64,000 nt of DNA. Source: Cyanidioschyzon merolae. Lineage: Eukaryota. The position numbers and the translations under genes were made by a program. A model generated the notes under the pieces. It saw only the letters and a program-made list of their open reading frames with translations. It did no database searches and was not told where the DNA came from. The DNA lies in NCBI GenBank assembly GCA_000091205.1, contig AP006486.2. One strand, written 5' to 3'. This document shows, in pieces, positions 45,055-53,835 of this stretch (position 1 is its first letter; every line of letters begins with the position of its first letter).

Positions 45055-45201
45055 CGCTGCCGTGGCCAAAAGAAACTTTTAAAAGCGATCACGAGGCTTG
45101 ACCAAGACCGCACAAAGGCGACGGCTTGTGAGCAACAACAGAGGTGCTCTTCATGTCCAATGTCGAGCGGCACGAGGAGCCAAACGGAGCGCAGACGCTG
45201 A
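43813..45201 (+). pseudogene. TnpB/Fanzor-like RuvC nuclease reading frame: two ORFs in one frame split by a single TAG at 44224-44226
   Basis: ORFs 43813..44226 and 44251..45201 are both in frame 1 and give '...GIMILR*KIETKNAGMKDHFEAL...'. An internal 72-bp tandem duplication at 43947-44090 encodes '[14 protein letters not shown] / [14 protein letters not shown]'. Confidence 0.6.
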
Positions 45202-48200
45202 AGACCTGGCGAACGCTGGAGATCGCCGGGCTGGAGGTAAAGTTCCCCACAGAATTGGAACCGCACAAGCCGCAGTTGATCATTATGAACCAAGTGATAA
45301 GATGTTTGCAGCGGGCGCAAAACGCGTGCATAGAATCACCTACGGGAACGGGCAAGTCGTTGGCGTTACTCTGTTCGGCGCTGGCGTGGCTCGAAAAAGA
45401 GAAAGAGCGCTCAGAGCCCAGTCTATTAGCGGTTGCAAATCACGCTGATATGCACTCCGAATTTAAACCCGAAACTGAAGAACCCGCCGACGAGAAGCAA
45501 TCAATCCCGAAATTGCTGCCTGAGAGCCGCTCTGCGGCGGATGACTGCGGCGTTCAAGATGTCGACGACGACGACGATGATGATGACTTTACCAGCCGAC
45601 CGGCTCCGCGAGTATCGCAGTTGAAAAGCGCTTCACAGAGATGGCGTCAGCAAGGTGCTGTGGCTGGTACGCGGCATCGATATCCACTTTGTGGAAAGCA
45701 GGTCCCACTGAACCCGCTCTGCAGTGTCGCAGTGCACCTGGAGGGTACGAACCTTGCCGTACAGCAGAGGCACCCACGGATTTTCTTCTGTTCGCGTACG
45801 CACGCTCAACTCTCCCAGGTCATCGCAGAGATGCGCCGCACTCCATACGCTGGTAAGATGCGTTCCACACTGCTGGCGTCGCGGAAGCACTACTGCGTAC
45901 ATGAGGATATTCAGAGAGCGCCATCGACTCTGCAAGCGGAAGCTTGTCAGCGAGCCGTCCAGCTCAGCTTCATGGAGGAGGCCAAGTCTGCAGCTGATGC
46001 ATCCAGCACAGTAGCTGACCCTCTGGCAGGAATATCGCCCTGCTTCTATCATCACAGCGCCGCGGTGAGGCGAACAGCGTGTTCGGCCCCGCAGCCTTTT
46101 CAAATGGAAGATCTCGTGCAAGTCGGTCGCCACTGGCATGGTTGTCCGTATTTTGCATCTCGCTTTCTCGTCCATGGTGACATTCAAACGGAACCAAATC
46201 AAGACTCTGTTGAAGGATCAAGCGTCCCCGACGAACGCTCGCACACGGGAAGCGCTTCGTCTACGGATGGTGCCGTAAGCGCCCGGGCGACTTCATGTAC
46301 AACGCGGACACGAACGATCATAGAGCCTGCTGATATCATCTTTTCTCCATATTCATACCTTGTGGATCCGCTCATTCGTCGACGCATGGATATCGATATC
46401 ACCGGTGCCGTATTGATAATCGACGAAGCTCACAACATAGAAGAGGTGTGCTTAGAAGCGGCATCAGTAGACGTAAGTCTATCACAGGTGCAACGGGTTC
46501 TCCTGCAGCTAGATCACTATCTGGGGGTTCAGATGCCGGAAACAGAGCCCACCCTGGAGACACTGATGGTCCGGCGTCCGTCGTTGAATGGTACGGCGTT
46601 ACTTCGAGTGTTCCGCCACTGGTTGCAGGCCCTAGCGTCCTTCATTGAGACACGAATACCGCTGTTAGATGACATTCACGGCATTCCCGAAAGTCATCGT
46701 CCGACGTCTGGCCCATGCACTGCAGCGCAACGTCTTCATGCACAGGCCACGGTTTTCTGGCAAGACGGTGCTCTCTTGCATGAGTTAGAGGTAGGGTTTT
46801 TCCAAAATTTTGACTTTGAGCAGTGGAACTGGTCCATGGGCCAGTTAAACCGTTTTCTTGATCGCTGGCGTCAGAAACAGCAGCGCACGGTGCCGGCTTT
46901 GGCTTCAGGAATGGCGGCCTCGACGGGCTTTGGAACGGAAACAGCGACCGAAGAACATGCTGAACAGTCGGTGCAGGCGCGTCCCACGACGGGCGATGAG
47001 CGTGCAGAAACCGAGCCCCGCTTCGCGTCTCTGTGCGGTGAAGTGCTCCATCTGCTAGAACGCTTCCACATTGCGCTGCAGTTTATTTACGGCGGACAGA
47101 GCTCGAAGGGCGCAGCTGCACCTGCGGAGGCTTCCCTGCTGCACGCCACAGACTATAGACTTGTACTGAGACGCGAGATGCGCCAGGGCACCTACGGAGG
47201 AGTTGAATTCAAACTTGGACTTTGGTGCATGAATCCCGCAATTGCTTTTCGTCATCTGCGAGACAATGCGCGATCCATCGTGCTTACTTCGGGAACACTA
47301 TCGCCAATGGAATCTTTTCGAAGTGAACTTGCGACCGATTTTCTGTGTCAGACAGAATGCGACCACATTATCGATCCAGAGAAACACGTTCGAGTTTGCG
47401 TTGTGGGAACCAGCAGCTCCGGCGACCGTCTAGAGGGTTCCTACCGAACGAGCGCTACCTGGTCATATCAGGATGCCATCGGCGAAGCGCTTGCGCACTG
47501 CAGCGCACAGATTCCCGATGGTGTGCTCTGTTTCATGCCCTGCTATCGAGTCTTGGAGTCTATGTTGCAGCGCTGGAGCAGCACCGGCGCGATCGAGCGG
47601 ATTTGTGGTGCTAAGCGTCTCTTCATCGAGCGCTCTTCTGGACAAGTTATAACAGAATATGCGACCGAGACTGCTGGCGGATACAGACTTCAGCGTCGTG
47701 GTTGGCGCGACTCCTGCTTTACCCCTGCAAGGGAATATGGGACGGATGCATCTGTGGCGGCTCTCGGGGAACGGCCGAGCTCATTACGTGCTGCGTCTTC
47801 CAGTATCCTGTCTCGGGACCGGTCCAAGCGGAAACGACGCGGTGCTGGTCGAGCGTACACCTCCGCGTCAGCGTATGCAAACCGCGATGCTTTGCAGGTC
47901 TACTACGATGCGGTGGATGCAGCGCGGACTGAGACCACTGCGAGCGCACCGGTACCAGCTGCCAACGCGCGCTGTCGAATAACCGCTGATCACAAAAACG
48001 GGGCCATTATGCTGGCTGTTTGCCGGGGCAAGATCAGCGAAGGATTGAACTTTGCCGATCAGTACGGTCGCGCAGTCATTATGGTCGGTATTCCGTACCC
48101 CAATCTGACGGACACGTTTGTCCAGCTGAAGATGCGCTACAATGACGAGCGCAGCGGTGCAGTTTCTGGTGCTCCCATCAATGCTACGAGCACGAGTCGT

Positions 48201-48464
48201 CTGAGTGGCAAACAATGGTATGTTCTACAAGCGCATCGTACCGTGAACCAAGCTCTGGGAAGGTGCATTCGCAACCCTAAGGACTATGCGTCGATCATTC
48301 TTCTCGATGTTCGCTATCGCGATACGCGAACAGTGAACTGCATGTGTCGGTGGATCAGGGACCCGCTCCGCGATTATATTGCCAGGCACGGCCAGACGCT
48401 CACCCTAGAGGCAGCAGTCCGTGAAGTAGCAGAATTTTTCTTCCAGAAATATGACGCGAAATAG
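45144..48464 (+). CDS. FANCJ/BRIP1-like Rad3/XPD-family Fe-S DNA helicase (DEAH)
   Basis: Walker A 'ESPTGTGKSLALLCSALAW' is closest to the BRIP1 block. The Fe-S cysteines are 'HYCVHEDI...EACQRAV...SPCFYHH...HGCPYFA'. DEAH is 'IIDEAHNIEE'. The C-terminal HD2 blocks are 'GRAVIMVGIPYPNLTD' and 'QALGRCIRNPKDYASIILLDVRY'. Acidic and low-complexity inserts are present. The annotated start is overlapped by the end of the upstream Fanzor-like ORF. Confidence 0.9.
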   Translation: MLFMSNVERHEEPNGAQTLKTWRTLEIAGLEVKFPTELEPHKPQLIIMNQVIRCLQRAQNACIESPTGTGKSLALLCSALAWLEKEKERSEPSLLAVANHADMHSEFKPETEEPADEKQSIPKLLPESRSAADDCGVQDVDDDDDDDDFTSRPAPRVSQLKSASQRWRQQGAVAGTRHRYPLCGKQVPLNPLCSVAVHLEGTNLAVQQRHPRIFFCSRTHAQLSQVIAEMRRTPYAGKMRSTLLASRKHYCVHEDIQRAPSTLQAEACQRAVQLSFMEEAKSAADASSTVADPLAGISPCFYHHSAAVRRTACSAPQPFQMEDLVQVGRHWHGCPYFASRFLVHGDIQTEPNQDSVEGSSVPDERSHTGSASSTDGAVSARATSCTTRTRTIIEPADIIFSPYSYLVDPLIRRRMDIDITGAVLIIDEAHNIEEVCLEAASVDVSLSQVQRVLLQLDHYLGVQMPETEPTLETLMVRRPSLNGTALLRVFRHWLQALASFIETRIPLLDDIHGIPESHRPTSGPCTAAQRLHAQATVFWQDGALLHELEVGFFQNFDFEQWNWSMGQLNRFLDRWRQKQQRTVPALASGMAASTGFGTETATEEHAEQSVQARPTTGDERAETEPRFASLCGEVLHLLERFHIALQFIYGGQSSKGAAAPAEASLLHATDYRLVLRREMRQGTYGGVEFKLGLWCMNPAIAFRHLRDNARSIVLTSGTLSPMESFRSELATDFLCQTECDHIIDPEKHVRVCVVGTSSSGDRLEGSYRTSATWSYQDAIGEALAHCSAQIPDGVLCFMPCYRVLESMLQRWSSTGAIERICGAKRLFIERSSGQVITEYATETAGGYRLQRRGWRDSCFTPAREYGTDASVAALGERPSSLRAASSSILSRDRSKRKRRGAGRAYTSASAYANRDALQVYYDAVDAARTETTASAPVPAANARCRITADHKNGAIMLAVCRGKISEGLNFADQYGRAVIMVGIPYPNLTDTFVQLKMRYNDERSGAVSGAPINATSTSRLSGKQWYVLQAHRTVNQALGRCIRNPKDYASIILLDVRYRDTRTVNCMCRWIRDPLRDYIARHGQTLTLEAAVREVAEFFFQKYDAK

Positions 48465-50046
48465 CACGTGCGCGAAATCGAAAAACGCTCTTTTGGCGGG
48501 AAAGAAAAACGCAGCGCACGCATACGTCGCGTGAGTACACGGCATGGGCTGAGTTTTGTTTTCGTACAGTTCAGGTATCCAAGATTGCGTGCTTGGTATC
48601 AGCGTTCGGAAAAGCATTCGTCGTTCCACGTATCCATCTAGTGCCACAATCCGTAATTGCCCGCAGAGTTGCTGGTCATTACGCACGTTCTGTGGAGAGC
48701 GCGAGTCTGTGATGCGTGTGCACGATAGCACCTGTAACACAGGTGCGGATGCAGCACCAAAGCAGAACCTCCTTGACATACCACTGGGGGCGTCGGCTTG
48801 AGCATGGCGTCCAATAAGGTATACGCATCTGCTCTCCAGAGTGATGCTATTATACACAAAAACGCTGGATACGACTTTAAGCGCCAGCCGTGAAGCACGT
48901 CGATGACTGAACGCAGATCGCATGGCGCTGGGGCCCTGCCACGTATTCCTCTGGTGCGGCGCGGTATGGTGCCCTGGTGCGCGTCTCTGCACGCGCCCGC
49001 CAATACGGCCATGACACCCGCTTCGTGCTGCTGAAGCAAGCTGCATCGACGACGGGAGAGTCCTGGTTCGCTGCCGTCAAAGGAGCAGCGTACATGCATC
49101 ACGATATGCTCTCGTTGCAAGGCTACTCCGCATGTCGTGCAGGAACGCACGGTAGCGCGAGCACGGTACGAAATATCGCTTATTTATTATAAACAGATTC
49201 TCTGCTGTCGGGGAAGTTGTGCAGAGGCGATATGGACCACGCTCCTTGATCGCTAAGAAAAGGCGGTCAAGGCGAATACGCATGCTGCCGGCACTCAGAA
49301 CGCGATTGAGAGAAAAGCAGCGGAAGCGCCTCATATCGACAAGCAGCAGCAGCCGCGGCAGCAGCTGCTGAAGCATCATCGCTTGGCTGCTGGGTCTAGC
49401 TGCCGCTCTTTTTCTCTATTTACTGTAAACGTTAATCACAACACCGGTATACAGCTGAATCGTCCGTGTATGGCTTTGGTCCTTGCGATGAACGATGCGC
49501 AGCATCCTCGCGACGACGCCGGCGACATGCAGGCCAAGCTCTGCGAAAACGACAAAGCACCTTGAGGACCGCGTTATTTGCTGCATCGAAAACCAGTCAA
49601 GGCATCGCAGGCTACATATTTTGGTTTTCGGCCGGTCAACTTCGTGCTAGCGTTGCAGCTATCCAGATACCAGATAGGCTGCGGTGACCAGAACGGATTC
49701 GCAATCCAGATTGGTTTCTAGGTTTCATTAACCAAGCGCAGTCTGAGCACGAACGAGAACGTCAATCGACTCCAGAATCTCCAAAATATTATTTCGAATT
49801 CGTACAGCGACTGCAGGCAGTTGCATTGCCTCTCGTGACAGACTCCGGGCAGCATTGGCTAACGAGAGTCGCGGTTCTGGAGAGCATGCAGCGGGATCCA
49901 GCGTTCCACGGCGTAGCTATGGGAAGCGTTGCGTATCCGAAAGAGGCAAATCGAGGCATCAGGAGGTCCTGTCAACCAGTTAGATTCATCGATCGCATTA
50001 TACAAGAGAAAACGGAGAGTCACCCGCGCGGTCCTCCGGATATTTA

Positions 50047-51930
50047 ATGGAAGCGTTGCGTATCACATTCTGGTATCTCAGATACTGGAACACAATAATC
50101 ACCGATAAAGGTCACCAGCTTTGCTTTGGGGAAAAGCATCGCCCGCGTAGGCTCGGGATAGCGCAATCGCTCGTCCAGGGCATCGGCGCTCATTGTCGCA
50201 CGGATCTATGCCATTATTTTTGGCGCGAAACGGTGAGCATCGCGTCGGTTGGAATTTCGATTCTCCACTGGGTGTATCTTTTGTTTGGCGCGTGCACTGG
50301 AGCAGCTGAAACGCTGCTGTGCACAGATCGCGTTCTCGCTCCTGGTGTGGACGCTCTTGGTACCATGCCGCGGGGAACAGATGCAACGGCTTCAGATGAG
50401 CGCGAGCAAGAAGAGCAGGCTCGAGCAACGAGACCACGGCGACGGGCAGCCGCGCGGTATGGCTCACAGAAGCGCTCGGTTGCGGTGGATCCCGCGTACT
50501 ACCTCGGGTACGCCGACGATGATGAGACTCCAGAGATGATCATGCGTAAGTTTGAGGCACTTGAGCGGTTGCAGGCTCAGAAAGCCGCAAATACCCAGCA
50601 GTCTTCGGGTGATGCGAACGACTCCCAGACGGCGAAAGAAGAAGTCACACTGACCGCTGCAGAGCAGGCGGAGCTCTTCCGCCAGACCTCTTTTTTCTCC
50701 GTGGACATGTTGGCAGGCTCCACGACACAGAGTCTACCGGGTGGTGTAGGTGAATCAACTGACCTAATCGCGGTGGGTGCGCTAGATGATTCCTCTTTTG
50801 AACGCGTGCTTGCAGAGTACGGCCTCGACGCTGTTCTATTTGGTGCGGAGCTCTCCGACTCTGAACCAGGATCTGAGTACGACGACGGCGAAGACCTTCT
50901 CTGGGAGGAGGCGCTTGAAAGCGATCGTAGTGCTCGGTTTCCAGGTCGGCTAACCCGCTCTCGCCCGGACCGCAGCGAGTCGAGCCGCGTTGCGCTCGAG
51001 TTATGGAGAGCGCGGGCAGCACTGCTCATGCGCCTCAGCGCTGGAGGGGATGCTCTGGCAGCAGCTCAGGCGGCTGCGATGATCCCCGCGGCCTTACGGG
51101 CCCGCAGACGGCGGCTAGCGGCAGAGGGTGTTCTGCGCGAGACGATTCCCACAGAGTATCCTCTACCAGTAAGCTGGGCCAGGACGATCAGGCCTCTGCG
51201 TGAAGCCGTCCAAGAGGGTCAAAAGCTGGAGCGGAATTACGAATGTGGCCGCCTGCTGCGATTCGCGAACGTGTTCCAGGCCGCCAAGACACTGCATGAA
51301 CGTATCAAAGGGCGCCATTTTCGTTGCGTCGTGCTGGATCCGCCCTGCTGGAATCAACCGGACTTTCGTGTTGAACAGTTGCGAAGCCTCCGAATCGCTG
51401 AAATCGTACCCTTCGGTTTCGTCTTTATTTGGGTCCCGAAAACACGTATCGCTGAGACCCTGCGCTGGTTTGGCGAGGAGATGCACCAAGGTGGGGGCGG
51501 TGGTTTCCATTTTGTCGAGAGCTTCTGCGTCGTCCTTAAATGGACCAATAATCGCGTGGCTACGCTCCTGTCAGAGCCGAGCGATCTGCTATGCCTGGAC
51601 CAGCCCGTAGCGGTGGCAGAGCATGCGCCCTCGGGCGTATACGCGTGCAGTCATGAGACTTGCCTTGTCCTGCGTCGACCAGGCCCCCATATTGAGCTGG
51701 CCCATCAACGCAATCCCGATCTCTGCTTTGATTACGTGCGTCTGCACCAGAAGAGGTATCAACGGCGTCGTCCGGAGCTATTCTATCACATGATCGAGAC
51801 CATGCTACCCGAAGTCGCACGCGATGGCGATATGCTCTGCGTCTGGGCGGACCAGAGTGTTTGCAAACGAACCTGCTGGGTGTCGGTTGTAGAGGACCAG
51901 TCTCTGGAAGCAGGCGAATCTTCCTCGTAG
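50047..51930 (+). CDS. MT-A70-family (N6-adenine methyltransferase-like) protein with a variant 'DPPCW' motif
   Basis: The C-terminal domain 'FRCVVLDPPCWNQPDF...IVPFGFVFIWVPKTRIAETLRWFGEEMH...FCVVLKWTNN' fits the MT-A70 fold: a DPPW-like catalytic motif followed by the 'gf.FlWv' block. The N-terminal half is acidic and low-complexity. The true start may be an internal Met near 50360. Confidence 0.5.
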   Translation: MEALRITFWYLRYWNTIITDKGHQLCFGEKHRPRRLGIAQSLVQGIGAHCRTDLCHYFWRETVSIASVGISILHWVYLLFGACTGAAETLLCTDRVLAPGVDALGTMPRGTDATASDEREQEEQARATRPRRRAAARYGSQKRSVAVDPAYYLGYADDDETPEMIMRKFEALERLQAQKAANTQQSSGDANDSQTAKEEVTLTAAEQAELFRQTSFFSVDMLAGSTTQSLPGGVGESTDLIAVGALDDSSFERVLAEYGLDAVLFGAELSDSEPGSEYDDGEDLLWEEALESDRSARFPGRLTRSRPDRSESSRVALELWRARAALLMRLSAGGDALAAAQAAAMIPAALRARRRRLAAEGVLRETIPTEYPLPVSWARTIRPLREAVQEGQKLERNYECGRLLRFANVFQAAKTLHERIKGRHFRCVVLDPPCWNQPDFRVEQLRSLRIAEIVPFGFVFIWVPKTRIAETLRWFGEEMHQGGGGGFHFVESFCVVLKWTNNRVATLLSEPSDLLCLDQPVAVAEHAPSGVYACSHETCLVLRRPGPHIELAHQRNPDLCFDYVRLHQKRYQRRRPELFYHMIETMLPEVARDGDMLCVWADQSVCKRTCWVSVVEDQSLEAGESSS

Positions 51931-52497
51931 CGATACGAACTGGTACCCTGCCGGACGTGCTAGCCGTTTGCAAAGCGTCGCCCATCGCTGGTGATATCAG
52001 CGCGAACCTGAATCCGCTGCATCATGTGCGTTTCAAGATGATCGAGTAGCAAGCACTGGTGCTCATGACACGTCATGAAAAGCATCGCCTATTATTATGA
52101 TCGCTTTCGCGACCGAAACGAGGTGCACGATATGCGATCCATGCATGAGCAGCCTTTTTCAGCAAGTTGCTCGCATGAACGCCATGCGTGCTCCGCCTGC
52201 TCCCCGAATGCACTTCATCTCGATAGCAGATACCTGATGCAGGCGGAGAATTTTAACGAATCCATGCCTCTTGGCTGCAGGCATAGAAAGAATCCATTGA
52301 GACGCTCGATTCGCGTGCGAAACGAATCATGCAACACGATTGTCTCGAGCGAGTTGCCTCAGCAGCCACGTCCATGAAATGCAGCGACTGTGCGTCATCT
52401 GAGGAACGCAAATCGCCAACAGCTGTCTGGAACGCGGGCGACGCGACATTGGTGCGAGCGCTGGCTGCGCATTCTAATCACGGGTGCAGGCATTCAA

Positions 52498-52753
52498 CAT
52501 TGTGCGTGCACTGCTAGAGGATATTATATGCGTGTCCAGCATTGTGCATGCACTGCTAGAGGATATTATATGCGTGTCCAGCTTTCTGCGTGCACTTCTA
52601 GAAGGATCATACATGCGTGTCCAGCTTTCTGCGTACAAATCTAGAAGGATCATACATGCGTGTCCAGCTTTCTGCGTACAAATCTAGAAGGATCATACAT
52701 GCGTGCTCAGCATTGTGCGTGCACTTCTAGAAGGATATTACATGCGTGTTCAG
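52498..52753. repeat. Minisatellite: about 6 tandem copies of a 42-43 bp unit
   Basis: Units are 'cattgtgcgtgcactgctagaggatattatatgcgtgtccag' and 'ctttctgcgt(g/a)ca(c/a)(t/a)tctagaaggatcatacatgcgtgtccag', repeated head-to-tail. The array lies in the intergenic region between the MT-A70-like and ABCC 3' ends. Confidence 0.85.
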
Positions 52754-53835
52754 GAGACCACGAGGTCGCGCGTTACTTGGGTATACAGAAGGCTAGATTA
52801 CGCGCCCGTAAGGGCTGCAACATATGGAAATGCAACAACAGCACCACAAGCTTGATGTACCCTACGGGAGGCGATACTCAGAGCGCGTGCGATTGATGAC
52901 AAGAATGTATGGTGCTTCACCTGCTCTGAACTAGATGCTATCCAAATTGGCATTTAGTGCTCTGTGGAGCGGCGGATCTATGCTCTGCCTACAGACTGGC
53001 TAGTTGGCACTGTACCGAAACAGGAATCATACAGTATTTCGCATCGAAAAATAACCTACCATCTACCATCAAGAGTGGATGCGAGGCTGCACAGCAACAG
53101 GCCCTGTTGCCGCGCACCAAGCGCGGACTTTTTGCGGCTGCGCCATGTTATTTGGAAACTCCAAGACCTTGCGCCTTTTCCTGCATATTTACTTAGAGCA
53201 TGGACGTACTCTTGGACGCTGGTGCAAGTTGTACAGGTGGCGTGAGCGCGCCGCGGGGGCCAGCATTGTCGTCGACCTAACCGCCTATCCTCTGTAACAT
53301 GAGACACTTTCAGCGGAGCCCGGTCAAGACGCTGTTGCCAGCCTGCGCTTCGCCCTAGAGCACGTTCTCAGTTGGAGATTCGGAAAACTGCTTCGAAGAC
53401 CAGCCGCTTCGATTTCGTTTGAGCCACGCCCAACACCATTGAACTGAAAGCGCTCGTCCCGGCATTCGTCAAACGCTGTAGAAAAACGAGAAGAGCAGAC
53501 CAGCTCACGGACTCGTGTGTTTGCTTGGGTACCAGAACACCTCCGTATGAGGGCATGATGCGAGCTGGGTCAGGTGACGTCAAGCGGCGGCTGCAGCGCC
53601 CTTTAACAGCGCCCTCCCAAACGAACGCGTAGCCAATGTCCAGGGGTCGCGCCTCCATCCATTCCTAAGCCTTGACCTCTAGTCTCCGTGCACGCAGCCT
53701 CGATGCTGAAGGCTTTTTTCTTCAAATTCTCTACAGGGAACCAAGTATAGGAAAGGTTCAGTCCTACTCGTTTCGTTTTGATCTGTCCAAGCAAGTATCG
53801 CTCGTGCGGACCAGCCGAGGCACCGCCGAGCCCGG

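Noticed and set aside
45561-45585. Codon run gacgacgacgacgatgatgatgac (poly-Asp) and other triplet runs (39741-39760 gctgct..., 49340-49370)
   Set aside because: These are short in-frame or low-complexity triplet repeats of the kind common in eukaryotic coding and UTR sequence. They are not arrays or regulatory repeats.
48405-49150. 213-aa and 170-aa minus-strand ORFs downstream of the helicase
   Set aside because: They overlap each other in different frames and the helicase 3' end. Their composition is Cys/Arg/Ala-rich with no motifs. They are likely non-coding.
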